Assembly (NCBI GenBank): GCA_964432405.1
Contig: CAYSNH010000001.1
Coordinates: forward strand, 122,932 to 186,931
Source of the DNA: an uncultured Candidatus Saccharibacteria bacterium
GTDB lineage: Bacteria; Patescibacteriota; Minisyncoccia; UBA6257; UBA11618
Reading direction: 5' to 3'
Length of the DNA stretch: 64,000 bases
Made by a program: the position numbers and the translations under genes. Of this stretch, positions 1-8,938 are shown piece after piece (the stretch's first letter is position 1; every line of letters starts with the position of its first letter). The notes beneath the pieces were generated by a model. It saw nothing but the letters and a program-made list of their open reading frames with translations. It was not told the origin of the DNA and made no database searches.

Positions 1-2
1 AA

Positions 3-200
3 GACCGGAGATTAAAAATTCTCCAACCAGAGAAGAGCAAACTGAAAAAGTTCCCTCTGAACGATCCGTCCGTCATACAAATGGCAGGTGGCAGCGGAAA
101 GATCCGTAACGTACTGCAAACGATGATCATTAAGCACATCAACAGCAGCAGGAGAAGTCGTAAGATTAAGACCTGGAAGGAAGAAGAAGCGAAAGGCTGA
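3..200 (+). CDS. 3' end of an unidentified CDS (partial, continues upstream of window); visibly higher G+C than surroundings
   Basis: Open frame from position 3 to TGA at 198-200 (…KTWKEEEAKG*), followed by a strong hairpin terminator. No recognisable family. Confidence 0.2.
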   Translation, partial: DRRLKILQPEKSKLKKFPLNDPSVIQMAGGSGKIRNVLQTMIIKHINSSRRSRKIKTWKEEEAKG

Positions 201-226
201 TCGCTTCCAGCCTTAGAGTCGTCAGT

Positions 227-262
227 CACCCCCCCGCCTGAATTCAGGTGGGGGGTTTTTAA
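227..262 (+). terminator. Rho-independent terminator
   Basis: GC-rich hairpin caccccccc gcctgaattcagg tgggggg followed by TTTTT at 256-260. Confidence 0.6.
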
Positions 263-309
263 TTTAAAAACCCCTGCTAAAGGGGCTTTTAAAAAAATAA
301 TATAAATTG

Positions 310-652
310 TGGAAGTGAGGGGAATTGAACCCCTGTCCGAAATATTTCTGCCAGATTTTCTACAAGCTTAGCCAAGTTAAATTTTGAGACCAATTAGCTC
401 ATTCTTGGCAAAAAACTAATTAGTCTTTGTCGGTTAATTTTTATTTCCTAGTCCCGACAACTAAGAAACTAAGCTCGCTGTTTAACACCGGTGATGACCT
501 AACGAGCATCAGCCGCCGATGCAGCATTTAAGCGTAAGCTAATGCTGGAGTTCGATTAACGTTGCCGTTTATCGGTTGTTTCAAATTTTAAAGAGTTTGA
601 ACTCTGCTTGCTTATCTAGTTTCAACCTTTCGTCGAAGCCTAGACCACTCCC
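310..652 (-). ncRNA. ssrA: tmRNA (SsrA)
   Basis: Minus-strand 5' end reads GGGAGUGGUCUAGGCUUCGACG… (conserved UUCGACG). The 3' end is a tRNA-like T-arm GGACAGGGGUUCAAUUCCCCU with acceptor strand CACUUCC-A giving a G3·U70 pair. An internal reading frame GGC AAC GUU AAU CGA ACU CCA GCA UUA GCU UAC GCU UAA encodes a tag-like peptide (…PALAYA*). It lies immediately downstream of smpB. Confidence 0.8.
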
Positions 653-1055
653 TTTTCTTAATGTCCTCGCGTTTGTCAGCCCTCTTCTTTCCTCGACCTA
701 AGCCGATCTCCATCTTCAACAAACGCCCTTTATTATAAACCCGTAAAGGCACTATTGTCAAGTTCTTCTCCTTAGTCTTTCCCATTAAACTTTTAATTTC
801 TGCCGCTGACAATAAAAGTTTTCTAGTTCTCTTAGGATCATAGTCTTCAGGAGTGTTAGCCGGTTGATAAGGTGGTATATTAGCATTTAATAACCAAGTC
901 TCGTTCTTTTTGATCACCACAAAAGAACCAGCCAGATTAATATGCCCAGTTTTAATGGCTTTAACCTCAAAACCTTTTAATTCCATACCCGCTTCGAAAG
1001 TATCTAATATCTCATAATCTCTACGAGCACCCCTATTTACCGCTATATTTTTCAT
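612..1055 (-). CDS. smpB: SsrA-binding protein SmpB
   Basis: 147 aa; MKNIAVNRGARRDYEILDTFEAGMELKGFEVKAI…PPYQP is typical SmpB. The 3' end of the ORF overlaps the predicted tmRNA 5' end by about 40 nt. Confidence 0.9.
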   Translation of the reverse strand: MKNIAVNRGARRDYEILDTFEAGMELKGFEVKAIKTGHINLAGSFVVIKKNETWLLNANIPPYQPANTPEDYDPKRTRKLLLSAAEIKSLMGKTKEKNLTIVPLRVYNKGRLLKMEIGLGRGKKRADKREDIKKREWSRLRRKVETR

Positions 1056-1074
1056 TGACTTAATTATACTTTCC

Positions 1075-1587
1075 TTGTATATTTCTACTATTAATCACAA
1101 TACCAGAATAAACAACCGAATAACAGCCGAAAAGCTATTGGTAATTGATGAGAAAGGAGTCAATCTAGGAGTCCTTAAAACCAATGAAGCGCTGAAGATA
1201 GCTCAAGAACGTGGTCTCGATCTAATTGAGATATCACCTCTCGCTAAACCTCCGGTAGCTCGTATTCTGGATTTTGATAAATATCGTTATCAGCAAGAAA
1301 AAAAGCTGAAAAAACAAAAAAGTGGTACTAAAGAAGAGATTAAACAAGTTCAAATTAGTGTCCGCTCAGCTCAAAATGACCTAATGGTCAAAGCTAAGAG
1401 AGCTAATAACTTCCTAGCCAAAGGCCACGTTGTTCGCATCGTTATGGTGCTGCGAGGCCGAGAAAGAGCTAATAGAGACTTTGCCAAAGAAAAGCTAAAG
1501 AACTTCTTAGCTGGTCTCGACCCTCACAAGATAACCATGACTCCTAAATTCGGTGGCCGTGGTATTATCACTCAGATTCAAAAGTAA
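1075..1587 (+). CDS. infC: Translation initiation factor IF-3
   Basis: 170 aa; the INNRITAEKLLVIDEKGVNLGVL… N-terminus and KGHVVRIVMVLRGRE core are IF-3-like. The ORF begins with TTG, and ATT codons lie just downstream; infC classically uses a non-ATG start. Start of the infC-rpmI-rplT operon. Confidence 0.9.
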   Translation: MYISTINHNTRINNRITAEKLLVIDEKGVNLGVLKTNEALKIAQERGLDLIEISPLAKPPVARILDFDKYRYQQEKKLKKQKSGTKEEIKQVQISVRSAQNDLMVKAKRANNFLAKGHVVRIVMVLRGRERANRDFAKEKLKNFLAGLDPHKITMTPKFGGRGIITQIQK

Positions 1588-1589
1588 TT

Positions 1590-1772
1590 ATGAAAAAAGC
1601 GGTTAGTAAAAGAATAAAGGTATCTAAAAGCGGCAAATTATTGCGTCGCCAAGTTGCTGTTGATCATTTTAGATCTAAAAAAACTGGTACTAAGATTCAG
1701 TCTAAAAGAAATCAACGAACCATTGCTAAAGGATACGAAAAGCAAATCAAAGGATATCTAACTTCTAAATAA
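1590..1772 (+). CDS. rpmI: 50S ribosomal protein L35
   Basis: 60 aa, very basic; MKKAVSKRIKVSKSGKLLRR… sits in the conserved position between infC and rplT. Confidence 0.9.
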   Translation: MKKAVSKRIKVSKSGKLLRRQVAVDHFRSKKTGTKIQSKRNQRTIAKGYEKQIKGYLTSK

Positions 1773-1776
1773 AAAT

Positions 1777-2121
1777 ATGCCAAGAGTTAAAAGAGGAAAA
1801 AACGCTTTAAAAAAGCGTACTAAAATTCTAAAGTTCACCAAAGGATTTAAATGGGGAAGAAAAAGCAAAGAAAGAGCTGCTAAAGAAGCCTTGCTTCACG
1901 CATGGACTCACGCTTTTCGCGGTCGCAAAGAAAAAAAGCGAACCGCTCGCACTCTTTGGCAATCAAAGATTAATGCTGCTGCTCGTCTCGAAGACTTAAC
2001 TTATGGTCAGCTAATTGATAAACTTAAAAAAAGTAACGTCAAATTAGATAGAAAGATCTTAGCTGATTTAGCAGAGAACGATCCTGAGATCTTCAAAGAG
2101 ATCATTGCTCAAAGCAAATAA
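1777..2121 (+). CDS. rplT: 50S ribosomal protein L20
   Basis: 114 aa; MPRVKRGKNALKKRTKILKFTKGF…WQSKINAAARL…KILADLA matches the L20 signature. Confidence 0.95.
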   Translation: MPRVKRGKNALKKRTKILKFTKGFKWGRKSKERAAKEALLHAWTHAFRGRKEKKRTARTLWQSKINAAARLEDLTYGQLIDKLKKSNVKLDRKILADLAENDPEIFKEIIAQSK

Positions 2122-2668
2122 TAATAATTTAGAGCGCGACATAATAATAATCTTTACTAGTGTTATAGTCGCTTACTTCATGTGGGATAGTCCTTTGTTA
2201 TCTGGATTTTTTGAATCCTTAGAACAAGGGAGGTATATCGGCGCCTTTATTGCTGGTATTTTTTTTACCTCTATTTTTACTACCGCCCCAGCTATCATGA
2301 TCCTAGTCAAAATCTCTGAATTTAATTCAATTCCTTTAGTAGCAATAATGGGAGCCGCTGGTGCCGTTATTGGAGACTCTATTATTTTTTATTTTTTTAG
2401 AGATAGATTGTTCAATGACATCGCTCAAGTTGTTAAATTACCAAGACTAAAAAGAATTCGTCATCTTACCCGATCAAAAATGATTCGCCTTTCGGCAGCT
2501 ATGGTAGGAGGATTAATGATGGCTATTCCTTTATTCCCTGACGAAACCGCAATGGCAATAATGGGCTTCTCTAAAATATCTACTCGCCTCTTTATATTAA
2601 TAGCCTTCTCTTTCAATTTTCTTAGCATCATCCTTCTTGCTTTTGGAGCTAAGTATTTCGGCTCTTAG
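2105..2668 (+). CDS. Hypothetical polytopic membrane protein
   Basis: 187 aa with about 5 hydrophobic helices and no recognisable motif. The start overlaps the rplT end, so the true start may be downstream (e.g. MWDSP…). Confidence 0.4.
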   Translation: MLKANNNNLERDIIIIFTSVIVAYFMWDSPLLSGFFESLEQGRYIGAFIAGIFFTSIFTTAPAIMILVKISEFNSIPLVAIMGAAGAVIGDSIIFYFFRDRLFNDIAQVVKLPRLKRIRHLTRSKMIRLSAAMVGGLMMAIPLFPDETAMAIMGFSKISTRLFILIAFSFNFLSIILLAFGAKYFGS

Positions 2669-3191
2669 AATCCTCGGTTTTCTTTTTTATATGATCCCAA
2701 GCCTTGCGCAAAATACCTGCCCTAACCTTAAAACGAGATAAATGCCTCTTAGCATCATTTAGATTAAACCAAGCATAACCATCATGCTCATCAGATATTC
2801 TAATAATATCCTTATTAGCCTCGGCTAAATAAAAGATTACCACCTTAAACATTTTTTCCTTACCACGATTATAAGGAAACTTTTCAAACTCTTTAAAATT
2901 TGTTTGCATTTTCAAATCCTTACGACTCAAACCAGTCTCCTCTTTAACCTCTCTAAAAGCGGTTTGTAAACTTCGCTCATCCTCTTCCATTTTCCCTCTC
3001 GGCATGTCCCAAGTATTTCTACCTCTATATAATAATAAAAATTTTGTGCCTTCTTCAGTTTTTTTATAAACCACAAAACCCGCCGAAACAACTTTTTTGC
3101 GTAACGAAGAAGATTTTTTTCTTATTCTCTTAATAGGTTTGTTCATTTTCTTTTCAACTCTTACCTTATCAATCTCTTCAACTTGCTTCAA
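2649..3191 (-). CDS. NUDIX hydrolase
   Basis: Nudix box GKMEEDERSLQTAFREVKEETGL (GX5EX7REUXEEXGU pattern), with a basic N-terminal extension. Confidence 0.8.
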   Translation of the reverse strand: MKQVEEIDKVRVEKKMNKPIKRIRKKSSSLRKKVVSAGFVVYKKTEEGTKFLLLYRGRNTWDMPRGKMEEDERSLQTAFREVKEETGLSRKDLKMQTNFKEFEKFPYNRGKEKMFKVVIFYLAEANKDIIRISDEHDGYAWFNLNDAKRHLSRFKVRAGILRKAWDHIKKKTEDSKSRNT

Positions 3192-3203
3192 GAGGAGGCT
3201 GAG

Positions 3204-4166
3204 CTACATTCTATCTTCAGGCTCCACATAACTAAGACCTAAGGCTTTATAAATTTCCTCTTCGGTCTTTCCTGCGATCTGCTTACTACCTTTAAATAAA
3301 CCATATTCATTTAACTTATAACCCTTTTTTAAGGCTAATTGACGAAGACCAATGTTATGATCCTTGGGACCGGTAAAATAATTAAGGGCTGCTCCATAGG
3401 ACTCCTCAGGAATCACTCTCAAATCGGCGTCTAGGCCACTTTTTAACTTAACCAGGGCCTTGGTAGTTCCTTTGGCAAAAACCTCCTCTACCTCCGGCAT
3501 TGCGACAAAAAAATCTATTATCTTCTTACCAAATACCGATTTAGCACAAACTACTATATCAATATCACCAATTGTTTTTTTACCTCTCCTCAATGAGCCT
3601 GCTATCGTTACTTTTTTAACCCCCTTGAAACGTTTTAATTTCCTTTCAATGGCTTTTGCTTGTGGCAAAGCAACGGCCAAAGCTTGCCGTCCTTTTGATT
3701 GCCTTAGATATCCCAAGCCTCTCAAAATATTCTGCTCACTCTTTGCACCAAACCCCTTTAACTTACCAACCTTACCCAACTTAATTGCTCTCTCTAACTG
3801 CTTAACTGTTTTAATACCTAGCTTCTCATAAAGAGTTTTGATGTTTTTTGGCCCCAAGCCTTCAATTGCTGTTAGCTCTGATAAATCAACTGGGATCTTC
3901 TTTTTTAATTTCTGATAATATTTTAACTTACCCGTCTTGATTAACTCCTCTATCTTTAAAGCAATAGACTTACCAACTCCTGGAACATTCTCCAAAGCCT
4001 CAAGCCCTCCTTCCTTATATATATCCACCAAGCTCTTTTTCAGACCCGTGATAACATCCGCCACCTTTTCATAGGCCTGAGGCTTAAAAGCCACACCCTG
4101 CATCCTTAAACGATCTGAAATTTCATAAAATATTTTAGCAATTTCCGAATTCTTAATAATCTTCAT
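3204..4166 (-). CDS. Family X DNA polymerase (Pol beta-like core, no PHP domain)
   Basis: 320 aa with helix-hairpin-helix motifs (GVGKSIALKI, GLGPKNIKTL), the nucleotidyltransferase motif GSLRRGKKTIGDIDIVV, and a C-terminal …GLSYVEPEDR as in Pol X enzymes. Confidence 0.8.
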   Translation of the reverse strand: MKIIKNSEIAKIFYEISDRLRMQGVAFKPQAYEKVADVITGLKKSLVDIYKEGGLEALENVPGVGKSIALKIEELIKTGKLKYYQKLKKKIPVDLSELTAIEGLGPKNIKTLYEKLGIKTVKQLERAIKLGKVGKLKGFGAKSEQNILRGLGYLRQSKGRQALAVALPQAKAIERKLKRFKGVKKVTIAGSLRRGKKTIGDIDIVVCAKSVFGKKIIDFFVAMPEVEEVFAKGTTKALVKLKSGLDADLRVIPEESYGAALNYFTGPKDHNIGLRQLALKKGYKLNEYGLFKGSKQIAGKTEEEIYKALGLSYVEPEDRM

Positions 4167-4169
4167 AAC

Positions 4170-4835
4170 CTACTCTTGAACATGAGTAATGGGCTTGTGA
4201 TCTCTGATAAGAACCCTTCCTTTACGCCCTTTGCGCTGAGGGAAAATTATATGTGGCACAAAAAAGATAACTACAGCCGATAACAAAGAGAAAAATCCTC
4301 CCAAAACAAAAACCATTATAAAGCCAAATAACTTAACAATAATTCCACTAACCAAACCTGTAACACCGGCTGCAAAAGACATCGCTGTGCTATCAAGGGA
4401 CCAATCCAGAGCCTCGTGATTCTTATCCAGGTGACGAGAGAACATTCCTGACCAAGAAGGAACGTACATGCCAAAAGCGATCGCGTGAATTACTTGCACC
4501 GCATACAATTGCCAAATCTCTTCTACTAAAGCGAAGCTAAAAGCCGAAATGGAAGCTAGAACTAACCCTAAAACCAAAACCATAAAATCATCTTTCTCTC
4601 CTGGAGTTTTGTCTAAAAAGTTAGCGATAGGTATTTGGATAGCTCCTTTAATAATCCAATATACAGCAGCGGCCATACCAACTGTCACCACCGTAGCTCC
4701 ATGAACCTTATCTACAATAAACAAAGCAAAAATTGGGTTGATTAATCCCCAACCAGCCAAAAGAGCCAGGTCCGCCAAAACAAACAGCCGAACAAAACGA
4801 CCAACCTTGAGAGAAAAATTAAACGGCATCTTCAT
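4170..4835 (-). CDS. Hypothetical 6-TM membrane protein (resembles half of an MFS-type transporter)
   Basis: 221 aa, six predicted TM helices, positive C-terminal tail. No strong motif. Confidence 0.4.
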   Translation of the reverse strand: MKMPFNFSLKVGRFVRLFVLADLALLAGWGLINPIFALFIVDKVHGATVVTVGMAAAVYWIIKGAIQIPIANFLDKTPGEKDDFMVLVLGLVLASISAFSFALVEEIWQLYAVQVIHAIAFGMYVPSWSGMFSRHLDKNHEALDWSLDSTAMSFAAGVTGLVSGIIVKLFGFIMVFVLGGFFSLLSAVVIFFVPHIIFPQRKGRKGRVLIRDHKPITHVQE

Positions 4836-4845
4836 AATATTGATT

Positions 4846-5502
4846 TTAACCGAAAATCAAACCCTTTTCTAAGTCCTCAAACTTAATATCTAATGATTTG
4901 TAAAAATCTCTTACTAACTCTGAACGTGATTTTGCTAGAACTGCAAATAAATCCTGAGGCTCTACATAACTACCGCCTCTTTCTAAGGCTCGCTCTCCCG
5001 CCTCTTTTACAACCCTATCCAACATCTCCTTTATCTGACTCTTTTTAATTTTTATTTGCCCATCAGACTTAATCAATTGATCAATCTTCTTGACCGCCAC
5101 CCTTACATCAACCTCTAATCGCTTCAACCCTTTTTTAATTTCCACTTGTTCAAGACATTGTTTAATCAACCAAAGATCAAAATGACCACCTAAAAAATAA
5201 CAGCGCTCTGAAGCCTTCTCTACAACATTATTAGTTGTTGGTAAAAGATATTCGTTAAGATTAACTCTTCCTGGTGGTAGTTCGGCTAATTTTTTATCCG
5301 CTTGATTAATATGCATCAAACGATCAATTAAAAATAAAATAATAAAAATCCCCAAACTCTGCATCCAACGCAACTCTGCAAAAGATAAAACAATACTAGA
5401 GGCTGCCAAGGATCCGTAAAAGGCGTAAATAAATAAACGGGCTAAGAACCGTCCTCCCATTCCCATTTTCAATCTAATACTGTCAAAATAAAATCTATCC
5501 AT
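4846..5502 (-). CDS. Hypothetical membrane-anchored protein; soluble domain with weak Clp-N-like repeat resemblance
   Basis: 218 aa; two N-terminal TM helices then a charged helical domain (…ERGGSYVEPQDLFAVLAKS…). The family assignment is a guess. Confidence 0.3.
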   Translation of the reverse strand: MDRFYFDSIRLKMGMGGRFLARLFIYAFYGSLAASSIVLSFAELRWMQSLGIFIILFLIDRLMHINQADKKLAELPPGRVNLNEYLLPTTNNVVEKASERCYFLGGHFDLWLIKQCLEQVEIKKGLKRLEVDVRVAVKKIDQLIKSDGQIKIKKSQIKEMLDRVVKEAGERALERGGSYVEPQDLFAVLAKSRSELVRDFYKSLDIKFEDLEKGLIFG

Positions 5503-5504
5503 AG

Positions 5505-5735
5505 TTAGATAATGTAAAAGATTCTAATTATTAACCAGATAGGAATCAAAGCCCAAACAAAATAAATAATAATTGCTATCAAAAAAGCCGCCCAATAAAG
5601 AATGAGGCTGTGACGCAAAGAGCAAACTAATTTTTTAAAAATTACATAAGTATTTCCATACCAATGAATGAAAAAACCCAGCAACCTATTTAAAAAACTG
5701 CTGACCAAATAAGTAATCGTTAAATCTAATCTCAT
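5505..5735 (-). CDS. Small hypothetical membrane protein
   Basis: 76 aa, two hydrophobic helices. Confidence 0.3.
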   Translation of the reverse strand: MRLDLTITYLVSSFLNRLLGFFIHWYGNTYVIFKKLVCSLRHSLILYWAAFLIAIIIYFVWALIPIWLIIRIFYII

Positions 5736-5780
5736 GTTATTAAATCTAGCATAAACTAATTATAAAAAATAAAAAACCCT

Positions 5781-6797
5781 TTAAAGTAGTAACCCTATAA
5801 TTAGCCAAAGCATCCCCATTCCTGGTCTCAAGGTCCATAAGAAATGATCGGAAAAACCATATAGCAGAAGACTGGCTAATAATATAAAGGTTACCCCTCT
5901 TTCCCAATTAGCAAAACCTTGCCAATAAAAACTTCCGATAAACATTAAGAATAGTAGAAGACCTATCAATCCCAGCTCTACTGCTATTAATAAATAAAGA
6001 TTGTGAATTGGTCGCTCCCCCATGGCCAAAACTAAACCGCTACCTAACAAAGGCTTTTCTTTAATCTTTTCTAGCGCCACTTGATAATCAGTTAGACGTT
6101 CTTGAATAGTGAAATTAGTTGTTTCAATTTGCAAGCGAGGAATAACAGCCCAGGAAAAAGAAACTGCTAATACTATTACTGAAACAATAATAACTGTTGT
6201 TAATCGCCACCAATTTTTTTTATTAATAAAATCTCTACTAAACAATAAGAAGATCAAACTCATTAATATAGCAATTGCCCAGCCAACTCGAGAAAAAGTC
6301 ACTAATAACCCCAGCCAATTAATAAATATCATTACTAACCACAAATATTGCCAGCGCTTTCCCGAGTAACGAAAAAAGAAATAGTAGCAACTAATTAAAG
6401 ATAGAATTAAAAAGGCCGCCAATATATTAGGATGAGGAAAAGTTCCGTAAGCTCTCAACAACAAACCAGGATTAAGAAAAGTTTTGGCTATTGTTAAATT
6501 TAATGGCTCTAAAATAGACTCCCCTAAAAATTGAAGCCCTAAACTTTTCTGCCTTATAAACTGAGTCACCGCTAATAAAGACTCACCTAAACCACCAACG
6601 GCTAGCAACCAAAAAATAAATCTCCTAGGAATTAAGCTAACGAGAAAAGCTATCACCACCCAAGCTAATAATTTAAAAAAGGCGTAGTTCCAAGATAAAC
6701 TAGCCACTATTAAAAATAAAAGTAGAAATAATTTATTTAAATTCCACTGTGACTTCAACCACGCCACTTGGGTCGCTGGCGAAGGAATGTTCAACAT
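5781..6797 (-). CDS. O-antigen ligase / Wzy-like polytopic membrane protein
   Basis: 338 aa, about 10 TM. The block YGTFPHPNILAAFL…TFSRVGWAIAIL resembles Wzy_C/WaaL family loops. Confidence 0.45.
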   Translation of the reverse strand: MLNIPSPATQVAWLKSQWNLNKLFLLLFLIVASLSWNYAFFKLLAWVVIAFLVSLIPRRFIFWLLAVGGLGESLLAVTQFIRQKSLGLQFLGESILEPLNLTIAKTFLNPGLLLRAYGTFPHPNILAAFLILSLISCYYFFFRYSGKRWQYLWLVMIFINWLGLLVTFSRVGWAIAILMSLIFLLFSRDFINKKNWWRLTTVIIVSVIVLAVSFSWAVIPRLQIETTNFTIQERLTDYQVALEKIKEKPLLGSGLVLAMGERPIHNLYLLIAVELGLIGLLLFLMFIGSFYWQGFANWERGVTFILLASLLLYGFSDHFLWTLRPGMGMLWLIIGLLL

Positions 6798-7245
6798 CTA
6801 TTTTATTAAACACTTCTTTTATCTTTCTTGCTAGCTTATTAGCCAATTGATTTTCAGTAGTTGTCACCTCCCAATTAGCATCTCCTTTCTTAATATTAAT
6901 TAAACGATCTAAGGGGTCTATCTCAAAAGCAGTTCGACAAAACGACGTAACAAGCTCCCCTAACTCTTTCTCAAATTTTTTAGGAACTTTTTTTATAGTC
7001 ACCCTCCCTTCGTATTGCTTATTTTTGATCATCTCACAAGCCGGACAAAGCTTAAATTTCATTTGAAAATTATTTTCCTTATCTAAGTTTTTAAAATCTT
7101 CTATTTTATGGTGCCAGTGCTTATCAAAATAAACCGAGCCACAATCAGAACACATTAAAAACGGCTTTTCACCTTTTAAAAACTCCTGCTTGTAATTTCT
7201 CTCTTCTGGCAGATTGGACTTTCCTTGTTCTTTAGAATAGTTCAT
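6733..7245 (-). CDS. Zinc-ribbon (C4) protein, function unknown
   Basis: 170 aa; CSDCG…(x)…CPAC pairs suggest a Zn ribbon. The ORF overlaps the downstream gene by 65 nt, so the true stop or start are uncertain. Confidence 0.45.
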   Translation of the reverse strand: MNYSKEQGKSNLPEERNYKQEFLKGEKPFLMCSDCGSVYFDKHWHHKIEDFKNLDKENNFQMKFKLCPACEMIKNKQYEGRVTIKKVPKKFEKELGELVTSFCRTAFEIDPLDRLINIKKGDANWEVTTTENQLANKLARKIKEVFNKIDVEHSFASDPSGVVEVTVEFK

Positions 7246-8356
7246 ATATTTGATTAAGAATTATTAAAATAAATAAAATTGATAACAAGCCAATAACCGA
7301 CTTAGGAATATCACCTAAGATCATCTTACCTCTTCTCTTCTTTTTAGCCTCAATCCACATGGCCATTATAAACAAGGCCTCCAATCCAAAGAACAAACCA
7401 CCCGCCAAAGAAACTAGCTTAATAAAATCTTGGAAACCAGCCAGGTAAAAAGTTAATGGCAATAAAGCTATCGCGGCCACTCTAAAAAATCCTGGCCACT
7501 TCATATCAACTTTCAAAATATCATTAACGTTATAGCCAATAATTATATAAGAACTCCAGAGACTTAATAAGCCAAGTACACCTATTAAGATAAGAAGACT
7601 AGATGGCAACTGACCGACTAAACCAGAAACGGAATCAGGAGAAACGGGAGCTGATAAAGCAATTACGGCTAAAATAAAAAATATATAAACTATTGCGGGA
7701 GTAATGGTTCCTAGAATTATAGACCTCCTTATCTTTATCACATTCTTCCTTGAAGAACGCGCTATAGCCAACACCGCCACTCTACCAACTAAGGCAAAAA
7801 AGATGGGGGCTATGGGCGATAAGGACTTTCCTACCGTTGGAACAGTAACGTCAATTACCAAAGGAAACATTTCTGGTAAGGCTATTATAAAAATAACCGC
7901 GATAATACCAATCATGCCAATCGCAATAATAGATTCTAATAATCCCAACTTCTTTAAATTCAAAAAAATAACAACCGTTCCTAAAAGCCAAAAGACTAAT
8001 AAATGAGAAAAAGAACTACTACCAAAAATTAGTTTTGTGAAGCTTAAAGATAAAACTAAATAAATAACCAAGACCAACATCATCTGAACCACTGTCATCA
8101 AAACACTAAAAGCAGCACTAGTTGGTCCTAAATATAATCTAGAAAAACCTACAAAATTATGGCGCTCCTTTGTCCTAACGATAATGTCGGCATAAAACAG
8201 ATGAATCATCACCACAACCGCTGTAGCTAACGCCATTATGACAAACCCATTAAAGATTCCTATCTGAGCAAAAATAAAAGGCAAAGAAAAAATACCGGCC
8301 CCGATAATAGCCCCGGCCATTATACCTGCTGGTATTAGAGATTTAGCCTTAATCAT
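7232..8356 (-). CDS. Amino acid permease (APC-superfamily-like)
   Basis: 374 aa, about 11 TM. The N-terminal GAIIGAGIFSLP is typical of amino-acid transporters (aromatic / Aa_trans type). Confidence 0.55.
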   Translation of the reverse strand: MIKAKSLIPAGIMAGAIIGAGIFSLPFIFAQIGIFNGFVIMALATAVVVMIHLFYADIIVRTKERHNFVGFSRLYLGPTSAAFSVLMTVVQMMLVLVIYLVLSLSFTKLIFGSSSFSHLLVFWLLGTVVIFLNLKKLGLLESIIAIGMIGIIAVIFIIALPEMFPLVIDVTVPTVGKSLSPIAPIFFALVGRVAVLAIARSSRKNVIKIRRSIILGTITPAIVYIFFILAVIALSAPVSPDSVSGLVGQLPSSLLILIGVLGLLSLWSSYIIIGYNVNDILKVDMKWPGFFRVAAIALLPLTFYLAGFQDFIKLVSLAGGLFFGLEALFIMAMWIEAKKKRRGKMILGDIPKSVIGLLSILFILIILNQIYELF

Positions 8357-8934
8357 TAAACAAGATCCTTATTTTCTTTATCAATTAATTCAACAACTAG
8401 TTGTAATAATTTTTTAGGATCACTCTCAAAAGCTATCTTACCTGGTCCACGGTGAGCCTTAGCAACAATATCTCTGACTTCGTCTGCGATTCCACCAGTT
8501 CCCTCTAAGACTCCCATTGGCTTCTTATCTTCAAAAGAAATAGTAAATTCATTTAAAGTTCCCATTCGACCACAAACGGTAATTACCGCATCAGCCGCTC
8601 GAGTTAATAGTAAATTTCTTCCTGAATAATCAAAGCCTGTAAAGATTATCATGTCATGATAATCAACCGGTAAACGATAGCTCTTAATGTGAGCGGCCTT
8701 AGAAACAGCTGGTGACAATCCAATAACCGTACCTCCTGCCTCCTTAGCTCCTTTGGCAGACCAATAAGGAGTACCAGTAGTTGCTCCAGTAACTAAAATC
8801 ATGCCAGCTTTAGCAATCTCTGCGCCTAGTTGCTCAGCCTTTTCTAAAGCGTCTTTAGCACAATGTCCAGTCTCAGCTGCTCCAGAGACACAGATCTTAT
8901 ACTTCATATTATATTTGAAGTTGTTGTTAGCCAT
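8356..8934 (-). CDS. LOG/TIGR00725-family Rossmann-fold nucleotide-binding protein
   Basis: 192 aa; ICVSGAAETG…LVTGATTG…VCGRMGTLNEF is the LOG-family pattern. Confidence 0.7.
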   Translation of the reverse strand: MANNNFKYNMKYKICVSGAAETGHCAKDALEKAEQLGAEIAKAGMILVTGATTGTPYWSAKGAKEAGGTVIGLSPAVSKAAHIKSYRLPVDYHDMIIFTGFDYSGRNLLLTRAADAVITVCGRMGTLNEFTISFEDKKPMGVLEGTGGIADEVRDIVAKAHRGPGKIAFESDPKKLLQLVVELIDKENKDLV

Positions 8935-8938
8935 TGTA

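Noticed and set aside
3460-3831. 123-aa plus-strand ORF inside and antisense to the Pol X gene
   Set aside because: It lies entirely within a well-supported minus-strand CDS and has no RBS or motif. It is a typical antisense artefact.
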